Shown in pieces: positions 21,090-30,105 of a stretch of 34,827 nucleotides of DNA (positions within the stretch are counted from its first letter, which is position 1; each line of letters opens with the position of its first letter). Both the position numbers and the translations under genes were made by a program. The stretch lies in the NCBI GenBank assembly GCA_963752255.1, contig CAVVXT010000011.1:1-34827 (forward strand). The letters are read 5' to 3'. The notes under the pieces were generated by a model. It had not been told where the DNA came from and did not search any database. It saw nothing but the letters and a program-made list of their open reading frames with translations. The stretch comes from Nitrososphaeria archaeon (GTDB lineage: Archaea; Thermoproteota; Nitrososphaeria; JACIWG01).

Positions 21090-21510
21090 ATGCAACATGA
21101 ATCTTTCATAAGACGATATTCAATAAATAGAGAAGAAATTTTTAAGGAAGAAGCGTGAGTATAATAAACTTCATCGAGATGAATGTAGAGAATGGAGCAG
21201 ACGCTATCGACAAACACGCCCTGAAAAATGCAAAGAAGTAACTAACAGAATACGTGGGAGAATCCGTGTAGAGGTTCTCACCTACTGTAGTAAGGGGGAA
21301 CCTAAGTGTGCTTGCTGAGGAGAAAAAGTGTTGGAATTTCTAACAATAGACCATATAAACGAAAAAAAAGGCTGGAGACATTCACATTCATTCGGTGGAA
21401 AGTAATTGTACTACTGGCTAAAAAAGAATCATTTTCCAGAAGGTTATAGGGTCCTTTGTTTTAACTGTAATTGTAGTCTTGGTATAGTGGCTATTTTCCG
21501 CATCAAATAA
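21090..21510 (+). pseudogene. HNH endonuclease pseudogene (phage/homing type)
   Basis: ...VEVLTYCSKGEPKCAC*GEKVLEFLTIDHINEKKGWRHSHSFGGK*LYYWLKKNHFPEGYRVLCFNCNCSLG / GYFPHQ. TGA 21316, TAA 21403, frameshifts at ~21140 and ~21485. Confidence 0.8.
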
Positions 21511-21597
21511 ATGAAGCGATGGCAGAGGAATGGATATACCCTAACCCTCAAAGTCGATCCAAGTCAGCTAAGTCTCACACGAATACTTGACAGAACC

Positions 21598-22389
21598 TCA
21601 GGGGTAGGCGGAAAGTGTGCTTCCGAAGTCAGGTTCCTTTGGGATCTGGCTTATCGCCTGAACCACTGGCACATGCTCCGATATGAGTCCCAACAGCTGG
21701 AGTGTTGCGTTATCCGAATACTGTGGGTAGACGCCACTGTTCCACGCTATGTAGGTCGATGCGCCATCTCCTGTAAAGGCTTGAGCCATCGAATCGGCAG
21801 CAAGTCCATAGCAGCTGTCCACGATAACGGTCGTATTTTCGAACTTTGTTTGACCGGTATTTTGCGCGATCATGGTAGGCGTGACCGCGTAGAAGTACTG
21901 TCCATCTACTTCTCCTATCCTGACCCACCCCATCATCTTTTCAAACATATATCCCGTATCTTGGTTTGGGTCCTTGGCCTGGGTTCCGGTGAAGAAAACG
22001 ATTAGGCTGCCTTCCTGCGCTGTGTGAACTCTTAGGACTATTATCTTGTATCCGGTGATGTTCTTAAATGAGTCTACGGTCACGTTTGCCCCTAAGATGA
22101 CATTGACCTTGTAGCCGGCGTTCGATAGGGTAGCGTTAGCCGTTTTGTCGAAGTAGCTATTGTCATCCATCACATAAAGTGAGTCTATGATTGCTGCCAT
22201 TGGCTTGGTTGGAGTTGGCGATGAAGTAGAAGTGGGAGTGAGAGTGGGCCCATAGTGGTAGGTCAAGGCAAAGTCGGAAACGATGAATATTAGTGCAATG
22301 GTGGCGGCTACAAGCAGAACCCTCTTCTTTGTAAATTTCTGCCTATTTCTGCTGATGGCTCTTCTTATCCTCCTGATTCTACCGACCAT
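21598..22389 (-). CDS. Membrane-anchored extracellular protein with a putative caspase/CHAT-like (clan CD) His-Cys dyad
   Basis: Basic N-terminus, TM helix, Pro/Thr linker, alpha/beta domain with KIIVLRVHTA and TVIVDSCYG, then MAQAF...GASTYIAW. Confidence 0.5.
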   Translation of the reverse strand: MVGRIRRIRRAISRNRQKFTKKRVLLVAATIALIFIVSDFALTYHYGPTLTPTSTSSPTPTKPMAAIIDSLYVMDDNSYFDKTANATLSNAGYKVNVILGANVTVDSFKNITGYKIIVLRVHTAQEGSLIVFFTGTQAKDPNQDTGYMFEKMMGWVRIGEVDGQYFYAVTPTMIAQNTGQTKFENTTVIVDSCYGLAADSMAQAFTGDGASTYIAWNSGVYPQYSDNATLQLLGLISEHVPVVQAISQIPKEPDFGSTLSAYP

Positions 22390-22563
22390 AATACATGTAC
22401 TTGATATGATGGTGAACGAGGCCCTTTTATGCCTTTTGGTAAAAGAACAAGTTTAAGGCTATTGGACCAATATAGAAATATTGAGAATAAGACATCGGAA
22501 AAAAAGGAAGTGGTTTTGGTACATCGGAAAGTATGTGCCCGATTTTTTTCACTTTATCGACCA

Positions 22564-23575
22564 TCAAGTTGAGAGCGTGAGCTCTGACATATTTTCTTGG
22601 AATGTCATACCATTTTTCGTTTGGAAGAAAATGTTGACGTAGCACCATCTGTCAGAGATGAGGTTGGCGAGCGTCACTTCCATTGACTGCATGTCTATTT
22701 CAGGGTGGGCGACGTTGGTCACCTTAATGTGATAGGCTGGAAATGTCTTTCCTCCAATTGCAAATGTTGTGTAGTCGAATGATGTTACAGTCCAACCTTC
22801 TGTGAGCCCTACAATCGTGTTCCCTGAGATCTGATATTGTAATGAACTGAGGTTCTGAGAATTAACTACGAAAACGCTGAACACGCCTAAAAGGCTGGAG
22901 CCGATCTGACTTGACGTCGGATATTCGATGATTTGGTCTTCCATTTGAACCCTGTAAACAACTCCATTATCTTCTCCAATCCATATTTCGAATGAACTAC
23001 TACTACTTGAGCTACTTTCTATTGTCATGTTAACATTTATCGTATTGTGGCCTTGAATAACTTCTGTACCTTCAACCGTGTAGGAGATAGAGAAGGTCTG
23101 GACATCGCTACCATTTACGGTCTTTATGTCAACTTTAGCGTGGCTGAAGGTCTTAACGAAGTCCACCGTCGAATTGAATTGCATACCCTTGATTGTCTGG
23201 TTTATTGTTGATGTAGTCGTGGTTGAGGTTAATGTAGTAGAAGATGCCGTAGTAGACGATGTCGTAGTATAAGGCGTGGTAGTGGATGTCGTAGTAGAAG
23301 ATACCGTCGTAGAAGGTGTAGTAGTGGATGTGGTTGTCGAGGGTGTGTATGTCGTGCTCGTCGAAGTACTCGCTGTCGTCGATGTCGTAGTAGGGGATGT
23401 TGTCGAAGACGCAGTCGTTGTAGAACTAGATGAGATGGAGGAGTGATGTTGATGTTGTCGTCATGGGGGTTTGCAGTAGTAAGAAGACACCTGCAATAGC
23501 CGCTATTATTAAAATTACTAAGATGGCTAATACCGTCGTGGAAAGCCTAAGCTTCTTTCTATTTTCGCTATTCAT
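22564..23575 (-). CDS. Surface protein: N-terminal signal/anchor, ~85-residue Ser/Thr linker, beta-rich domain; frameshift at ~23440
   Basis: ATG 23575 gives MNSENRKKLRLSTTVLAILVILIIAAIAGVFLLL. After one shift, SSSSTTTASSTTSPTTT...TSTINQTIKG runs in frame into ORF 22564-23184. Confidence 0.8.
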
Positions 23576-23960
23576 CGTATGGAAGGATAGAAAATGTATT
23601 TTTAAACTTTAGTCTTGTCCCAAAGCGACGAGTTGACAAATGTGCATTCCAAATTCTTGCATTGTATTCTAAAATTTCTTTCATGAAATTACTACTCTTG
23701 TCTATATCCTCCCTACGAGCAAAGTCGAATAAATATTTTCCAATAACCCCTTTCTTTGAACGAAAACGAAAAACATAAACTTCAAAAGTGGATTTCTTGT
23801 AGTCTATGATGTTACCATCAAGAATGGTAATAGATTACTCCAATGTGATTGAGGTCCAAATTTCCAGCTTATAGTAAAAGAATTTTACAAGCAAATTTAA
23901 TGATTTCTCTAGAAATAGCAAATAACAGATCAAAATTCCTAGAAACAAAGGTACGAGTTA

Positions 23961-24194
23961 TTACTTAAGTTTCCTAGCCACAAGCACTGTTCCTGCAACG
24001 AATGCGACGACCAAAGTTGCCAACATTAGTCCCTCCATGACAGTTATACCACCTGAAGTCAGCTCTCCACCAACTGGAACATAACCGCTTGAAGTTTCAT
24101 CGGCACTAAGAGCTGCAACGTTAACTGGAATAAACGCGCATAGGATTGTGGCTATAATGAACAATCCGAAAATTAGGCTTATTTTCTTCTCCAT
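23961..24194 (-). CDS. 77-aa protein: signal peptide, ~10-aa spacer, PVGGE motif, TM helix, basic tail
   Basis: MEKKISLIFGLFIIATILCAFIPVNVAA|LSADETSSGYVPVGGE...LMLATLVVAFVAGTVLVARKLK; TTTAAA TATA-like motif about 35 nt upstream. Confidence 0.7.
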   Translation of the reverse strand: MEKKISLIFGLFIIATILCAFIPVNVAALSADETSSGYVPVGGELTSGGITVMEGLMLATLVVAFVAGTVLVARKLK

Positions 24195-24461
24195 CCTTAA
24201 CCGTTTTCTACAGAGGTTCGAGACTATTTAAATCTTTTCAGGTGAACAGATTATTTTTTTATAGATTCATAGGAAGAACAAGGAAAATTTGATCGCATAA
24301 AATCTTATATGGACTGCGCAAATTTATGGATTATAGTACATCTTTGTCCAGTTTGATTCCCATTTTTTTCAATGACAAGATAGTTATTTGGAGATTAAGG
24401 ATAGGGATAGAATACTTTTCCACCCTACATGCCATAAATCAAAGATTCGAACATCACAGCA

Positions 24462-26225
24462 CTATGCAATAGACGAAAGAAAATATATACTATAACTTAG
24501 AGAACAAAGCACTATTCCTACAAGAAGAAGTTGTAGAAGCCTTCTATCATTCGTCGAATATCCTACAGCTAATATCAGGAGTAACGGGAATGGAAAGAAA
24601 TAGAGTATCCTGTTAATCATCCAATAGGGTGCGAACAGGCTTGAAACCGAGCATACGGCCGCAATCGAAAAGCATAGGGTTCCCAGCTCAGACCTCACGT
24701 TCATAATAAATGGAAGGAGCAAGATCAGCGCTAGGATTATCGGCTGGCTTACTAGGGCGCCTGCAATGTATATCATGCTCGCGTTGTCTAGGCTGCTCCA
24801 GAAGGTTGCTATATTAAATATCGAGAATGTCTGCTGGGATATTGAAACACTTGAAATGAAGGGCTTCATAGAAGACGTAAGGAAACGCAGCGCTTCGGCT
24901 GATAATCCTCCGACAATAAATGGAAGAACTGATAGGAGTATTCTTTTAAGAGGAATTCCGTTATCGCCGCCTGAAATCCTTTTGAAGGCGAAAAAAGATA
25001 TGATAAATAACAAGGTTGCGACCCAGCTGTATTGATGTGTCAAGTCAAGGATAATAGACGACACCGCTATGACAGGTAAGCTTGATTTCTTATTGGAGGA
25101 GGGGAGTAGGACAAGCGCGAACACCACATTCATAACAGAGAGCGCTAGGAAGTTGGCATAGAGTCCTCCTGCCAGAGCCTCGGAAACTTGATCGGACGTT
25201 AATGCGATGACGCCGCCAAAGGTAGCCAGCATCTTTGAGCCTTCAAATCTGATGATCAGATAATATGTGCTCAGGAACAGCAGTATCGAAAAAATCATAG
25301 AGCATAGTATCCACGAAGCTCGAAATGGCGTAAAGGAAGATATAAAATAAAGCAGTGATAGGGGAATCGACATATCGTTTGAAATTACCGTGCCAAAAGC
25401 CTTCTGAGGCTCAGACTTCAGTTGGTCGATTATATTCATGTAATTCTTAGCGTCGACTCCGACCAAGTCCGCTGACTTGTTTGCAAGGTATGGTATAAGT
25501 GGGATGATGAACGAAAGAACCAGAGCTGATGTGAAGAGTAAAATAAAATATTTTTTTCCCACGATCATGTTATTCCAATGAGGTCTCTTCTTGCCAAAGG
25601 ACAACCAGACCAGCCAAGAGAATATGATTATCACAAGGAAGGGCACAGTTAGAAAGTAGGTGATGTTTGAAAGGTACCAGCTTGTTTGAATGGCCTCACC
25701 CTGAAAGAGATACTTTCCTAAAAGGAAGAAGGAGACCTGCTCAAATAATGAGACAGCTGCTATCAGGATAGCCATTAGAATAGGTGGAAAGAGGATGTAT
25801 CTTGGATACGATTCAGCCCTTGCCCTTACATAAAAGAGGTACAAGTTGATGGCTGTAAAGACTAAGGGGATCGCAAGCTGTAGGTTCGAAATGTAATAAC
25901 CTACTACCAAAGATAAAATGCACAGTGGTAACATAAAACGAAATTTTGGAGAATCGAAGGTGAGAATCAAAAACGTAAACGCAGTAATAATAAAGAGAAA
26001 AATAAGGTCAACAGAATTCGTGAGGGAGGTTATTCTGATTATCGATTCCCTGAACGCAAGACCGTTCAAGCTCGCATACGGTTCATAGATACGAATTTGA
26101 ACGATTTGAGTAAAGAATGAGACGAGGAGGAGAACGGAGGAGGACAGCAAAAGAGAAGAAAGAAAAAGCCTAATATTCAATTGAGACAACCCTCCCCTAT
26201 ATCGGCAAAGAATATTCTCAATCAT
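24462..26225 (-). CDS. Polytopic membrane protein (many TM helices), possible GT-C-fold glycosyltransferase
   Basis: Long hydrophobic ORF; loop LVGVDAKNY (G-x-D), GGLYANFLALS, LTHQYSW, WMINRILYFFPFP. Confidence 0.55.
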   Translation of the reverse strand: MIENILCRYRGGLSQLNIRLFLSSLLLSSSVLLLVSFFTQIVQIRIYEPYASLNGLAFRESIIRITSLTNSVDLIFLFIITAFTFLILTFDSPKFRFMLPLCILSLVVGYYISNLQLAIPLVFTAINLYLFYVRARAESYPRYILFPPILMAILIAAVSLFEQVSFFLLGKYLFQGEAIQTSWYLSNITYFLTVPFLVIIIFSWLVWLSFGKKRPHWNNMIVGKKYFILLFTSALVLSFIIPLIPYLANKSADLVGVDAKNYMNIIDQLKSEPQKAFGTVISNDMSIPLSLLYFISSFTPFRASWILCSMIFSILLFLSTYYLIIRFEGSKMLATFGGVIALTSDQVSEALAGGLYANFLALSVMNVVFALVLLPSSNKKSSLPVIAVSSIILDLTHQYSWVATLLFIISFFAFKRISGGDNGIPLKRILLSVLPFIVGGLSAEALRFLTSSMKPFISSVSISQQTFSIFNIATFWSSLDNASMIYIAGALVSQPIILALILLLPFIMNVRSELGTLCFSIAAVCSVSSLFAPYWMINRILYFFPFPLLLILAVGYSTNDRRLLQLLLVGIVLCSLSYSIYFLSSIA

Positions 26226-26501
26226 ATAAGTCTATCGTGAACTTCTGATGACCGTCGTCTTCTCTAAGATATGATTTTCAGAAAAAGCTTCATTTTAGGG
26301 ACGATTTTAGGTAGCTATAATATGGAATAGAAGTTATACAGTTTTCTATGAATATCCACGAATGCTCTTAACTAGCGACTTGTCTGACTATAGGAGATTA
26401 TTAAACTTAAGGATATGGATTTTATCCACTTTAATCTGGAAAAAATGTTCTCTGATATTTTTTAAGCTGATTTCGCGATCTATCAATCAAACATCTTCCA
26501 T

Positions 26502-28373
26502 CTACGTCCCGCGCAACTTCTTGAGAGCGTTGTCAACTTCGACCAACCCCAGCCTGACGAGAGTTCCAGATTTAGGTATTCCATTCACGTCCCAGCCAGC
26601 TTCTTCATAGTACTTTTGCACACCCTTGCTCACACTTGTCTTGTCGGCAGCTTTACCCTTGCACGGGCCTGAAGGCAAAGGTTCGTAGAATCTACTCGGA
26701 TTATCATCATCAACTTTTGGATTCCAATGCAAATCTGGTCCTCCTAAAAGCAGTAGTGCCCTTTGAATCTGCAGAGTCTTTAATCCACCGTTTCTTGCCC
26801 ATTCGTTACGAGTCAAGTTTAATCCGGTAATGGCACTGTAGAGTTCAAATCTGGAATTTTCAGGAAAACCAAAACAAGTGAATTTGCACATGATGGCTGA
26901 ATCGTAGAACACTTCCCAAATCTCGCTTCCATAACCGTCCAAGGGCAAACTAGTCATTGACGTGTGATCACCACCCTGAACCGAACAAGCAAATCCTATT
27001 TCATTAGAGAAGTCCATGCCACTACGAATTCCATGGGCGCCGATTCCGATACCTTTGCTCTGAACAGCATATTTTAGCAAGTCTTTGTGTTTCAAATTTC
27101 CTATCTTCAGCGCTGCCCTGTAAGTGCCTTCAGCCAACAAATCGCCGACGCCTTCTCTCGTAGCAATTTTCTTGGCCAATGCAGCAAAGGCTTCTGCGTT
27201 CCCCCACTTCAATTCAATTCCATCTAGGTCGTCTTTGGAGAGAATACCCCTTTGAAACAGTTCAGCGGCAAACCCCATTACGTTGCCTGTCTGAACGCCG
27301 CACAAACCCAAGTCATTAATTAAGGCAGACAAGTACACATTCTCTTCCGGATTAAATATTCCGAGATTAGGACCCAGATAAGCCTGCAATTCGTAGTCTG
27401 GGTTATCGGTTATAGCCCCCTTGAATTTTCCTGACCTGACGACGGCGATTTTCATGCAGTTCGTTGGGCAACCGAAATCGCTCCAAGACTGCTTCACCCA
27501 GAACCTGTTCTCAAACTCTTCCACGCCGTAGCTTCTTTCGTCATGCCATTCTTCCTGCCAATTCCTGATAGGTTCGGAACTGGTTTTCGCTCCAAAGTTG
27601 TAGCCTCCTCCGCCGGTTCCCCATCTTCGCCACAGCTCGTTACCGTAGGCAATCTTGTCTACCAAGCTGATTATTTGCTTGATTTTTTCAAGGTCTGCGA
27701 CCTCGGGCAAGGGACCCGTGCCTTTGACGGTGACCGCCTTAAGCTTTTTCGAGCCCATTACCGCTCCGTAACCGCCATAGCCAGCCGCGTGCGTCCATTT
27801 AGCCGTGACAACCGCTGTTCGAACCTTGTTCTCGCCGGCGGGACCAATGGATAGAGTTGCCGGCTCTTTCCACTCACCGTATCCGGGATAACGCTCTTTC
27901 AACAGAGCCCTGCATTGTTTATTGAGTAACGTATTTGTTTCCTTGGTGTCTTTTCCCCAAAGACTACTTGCATCTCTGATTTCAACATCTTCGTCTTTAA
28001 TGAACAAATAAACCGGTTTCAGAGCCTGACCAGTAACGATAATACCATCGTAACCTGCGCAGCGCAGTTCAACTCCGAACTCGCCACCAACCGTTGAACC
28101 AACAACGCCATCGCTCTGAGGAGACTTTCCTGAAACGCAGACTCGTCCCCCGGGGTAAAATCCAGTAAACGGTCCAGGTAGAAAAAGTAAAATATTGTCG
28201 GACCCGAGAGGATCTATTTCTTCCCATTTGTAAATCAGTCTGTCACACAGGATTTTAGCTGCGAGCCCTCTACCCCCCACGTAATCCTTAAGCCATTCCT
28301 CTTCAATCGTGACGTTTTTGAAATTCCCGTTTGAAAGATTCACTTCTAGGAATTTTCCTGCATACCCCAACAT
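26502..28373 (-). CDS. wor5L: Tungsten-containing aldehyde:ferredoxin oxidoreductase family, WOR5 clade, large subunit
   Basis: YVGGRGL, KSPQS, AGYDG, IGPAGEN, HAAGYGGYGAVMGSKKLKAV, SSEPIRNWQEE, GCPTNCMKI, PDYELQAY, GAHGIRS, SVQGGDHTS, LLLLGGPD..W.PKVDDDNPSRFYEPLPSGP, as I recall them in Pyrococcus furiosus WOR5 (PF1480). Confidence 0.9.
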   Translation of the reverse strand: MLGYAGKFLEVNLSNGNFKNVTIEEEWLKDYVGGRGLAAKILCDRLIYKWEEIDPLGSDNILLFLPGPFTGFYPGGRVCVSGKSPQSDGVVGSTVGGEFGVELRCAGYDGIIVTGQALKPVYLFIKDEDVEIRDASSLWGKDTKETNTLLNKQCRALLKERYPGYGEWKEPATLSIGPAGENKVRTAVVTAKWTHAAGYGGYGAVMGSKKLKAVTVKGTGPLPEVADLEKIKQIISLVDKIAYGNELWRRWGTGGGGYNFGAKTSSEPIRNWQEEWHDERSYGVEEFENRFWVKQSWSDFGCPTNCMKIAVVRSGKFKGAITDNPDYELQAYLGPNLGIFNPEENVYLSALINDLGLCGVQTGNVMGFAAELFQRGILSKDDLDGIELKWGNAEAFAALAKKIATREGVGDLLAEGTYRAALKIGNLKHKDLLKYAVQSKGIGIGAHGIRSGMDFSNEIGFACSVQGGDHTSMTSLPLDGYGSEIWEVFYDSAIMCKFTCFGFPENSRFELYSAITGLNLTRNEWARNGGLKTLQIQRALLLLGGPDLHWNPKVDDDNPSRFYEPLPSGPCKGKAADKTSVSKGVQKYYEEAGWDVNGIPKSGTLVRLGLVEVDNALKKLRGT

Positions 28374-28922
28374 TAGAGAAACTCCTCCGCTTTTTCCCCA
28401 TACATTTTCGTCGCGAGGTTTCTTGTTGTCTCCTCAGGGGTGCGCGCGTAAAGACCAGTAGGCTGTTCCCTTCTTGGAACCGATTTCAAGACCCCCCAAC
28501 CGCCTTCCTGGCAAACCTTAACACACTGTGGATCGCCATCGCACAAGTCACAGATCACGATTTTCTTCTCGGCAGGATGCAAATGCGGCACCCTTCCTGG
28601 GCAGGCCTCAACGCATTTGCCGCACCCAGTACACTTTTCCTTGTTCACGGCGACAGCACGTGGTTTTCCTGTTAACGGACAAAGCCTGAAAAGGGCAAGC
28701 CTCAACGCACGGATAGTTCTCACATTGGGCGCATAGATGCGGAAAATCTGCCCCTGGAACCAACATGAAGACCCTCACTCTTGATGCTTCGGGCCATATC
28801 CTATTCTCATGATGAAGTGAACAGGCGATTTCGCATTTCCTACATCCGCTGCACTTCGATAAGTCCCTCGCTATCCAAACAGGCTCGTTCAACGATTGCT
28901 GATTTGACCAATTTCTGCTCAT
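28373..28922 (-). CDS. wor5S: Polyferredoxin 4x[4Fe-4S] small subunit of WOR5; frameshift at ~28660
   Basis: CSGCRKCEIACS..HE..IWPEASRVRV, CAQCENYPCVEACP, CTGCGKCVEACP, ICDLCDGDPQCVKVC (16 Cys). The stop overlaps the large-subunit start (TAATG). Confidence 0.9.
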
Positions 28923-28950
28923 TTTTACTCAGCTCCATTCTATTAAAATA

Positions 28951-29151
28951 TTAATTCGTATGTTTGGACTTGACCTTTTTAGGCAAACCCAAGACAAAAT
29001 AAATAACAAGGCAGATTCCTTCCGCGGCAATTGAAGCGTCCATTATAGGAATATCGTTTAAAGTGTAGGCGTAGACTACACCACCGAAGAATATTAAAGC
29101 AAAGATTAGGAATATTAAACGGCCTCTTAATATCTGTGTCCATTTTTTCAT
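28951..29151 (-). CDS. Small two-TM membrane protein upstream of wor5S
   Basis: Two hydrophobic helices, basic ends, same strand, 28 bp from wor5S. Confidence 0.6.
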   Translation of the reverse strand: MKKWTQILRGRLIFLIFALIFFGGVVYAYTLNDIPIMDASIAAEGICLVIYFVLGLPKKVKSKHTN

Positions 29152-29166
29152 ATATATTCTTCTATC

Positions 29167-29418
29167 TCATAAACCCTTGACGAGTGTGATTATTTCATCA
29201 TCTAAATTTGGATAACCTTGACCGCTGTTCTTTTTATCTATTTTCTTTTTAGTCTCTTTAGTATTATTATAATTTCCTAAGAGCTTTATCATTATTCCAT
29301 CGTCCATCTCTATAAAAACAATCGGGGCGTAATCGTACATCTTGTACTTTATTCTCAATTCTACTGGAATGGTTACAGTGCCCTTTATTATCTTCCCCGA
29401 ATTAGTCATCGAATTCAC
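29167..29418 (-). CDS. AbrB/MazE/SpoVT-family DNA-binding protein
   Basis: KIIKGTVTIPVELRIKYKM....IVFIEMDDGIMIK swapped-hairpin pattern. Confidence 0.7.
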   Translation of the reverse strand: MNSMTNSGKIIKGTVTIPVELRIKYKMYDYAPIVFIEMDDGIMIKLLGNYNNTKETKKKIDKKNSGQGYPNLDDEIITLVKGL

Positions 29419-29432
29419 GTCTCCTATCTTTC

Positions 29433-29479
29433 CAGCATCTTATGATATATCCTATATATCTTTCTTTTCAGCATCTTAT
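29433..29479. promoter_or_regulatory. 11-bp direct repeat upstream of the AbrB-like gene (possible operator)
   Basis: CAGCATCTTAT at 29433-29443 and 29469-29479, flanking a TATATA box. Confidence 0.35.
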
Positions 29480-29545
29480 AATACTGAATATTCTAGAACG
29501 TATCTGGAACAATCAATTTTTTTAAAGCTCTTTCTGGAATAAATC

Positions 29546-29800
29546 TTAGCTCGCCACCACTAGATATGTTGCTACTGCCCCTTCTGCCACTATCGTAAGG
29601 TAGTATTTTGTTCCAAGTGTTATCTGTAGGGTCGTTGTTATTATCTCGCTTACTCTAGAAGGAAGACTAAATCCGAGAACTACATTCCCTTTATAGGACA
29701 GCGTCACCGTTGGATCAAATGAAAGATAATAGCCCGGACCTCCAAAAACTGTCCTAGAGTCTTCTTCAGCTTACCCTCTCTGCACTAACGCAATTGACTC
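29546..29800 (-). pseudogene. Start-less diverged copy of the last ~80 codons of the DUF4382 gene
   Basis: IALVQRG*AEEDSRTVFGGPGYYLSFDPTVTLSYKGNVVLGFSLPS...LQITLGTKYYLTIVAEGAVATYLVVAS* versus IQLVQGPRKIEVDAKTVFGGLGYNLPVSSNVKLSYSGGITLGFGLPS...LQITSGTKYYITVVAEGVTTTIMVPAG*. Confidence 0.85.
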
Positions 29801-29850
29801 AATCCAAAAAAAGTTGTTATTAGGAAGTTAAAAAAATGGGGTGGAGGCAT

Positions 29851-30105
29851 CTAGCCTGCTGGTACCATGATGGTCGTAGTTACTCCTTCGGCTACTACTG
29901 TCTAGCCTGCTGGTACCATGATGGTCGTAGTTACTCCTTCGGCTACTACTGTCTAGCCTGCTGGTACCATGATGGTCGTAGTTACTCCTTCGGCTACTAC
30001 TGTCTAGCCTGCTGGTACCATGATGGTCGTAGTTACTCCTTCGGCTACTACTGTCTAGCCTGCTGGTACCATGATGGTCGTAGTTACTCCTTCGGCTACT
30101 ACTGT
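29851..30105. repeat. Perfect tandem repeat, 5 x 51 bp
   Basis: Unit CTAGCCTGCTGGTACCATGATGGTCGTAGTTACTCCTTCGGCTACTACTGT starts at 29851, 29902, 29953, 30004 and 30055; no spacers, no mismatches. Confidence 0.97.

Noticed and set aside
21316-21318. Selenocysteine at the TGA in the HNH CxxC motif
   Set aside because: The same frame has a TAA and frameshifts; a TGY-to-TGA nonsense change in a pseudogene is simpler.
29851-30105. CRISPR array
   Set aside because: Units are contiguous and identical with no spacers; the unit is coding sequence of the adjacent gene; no cas genes.
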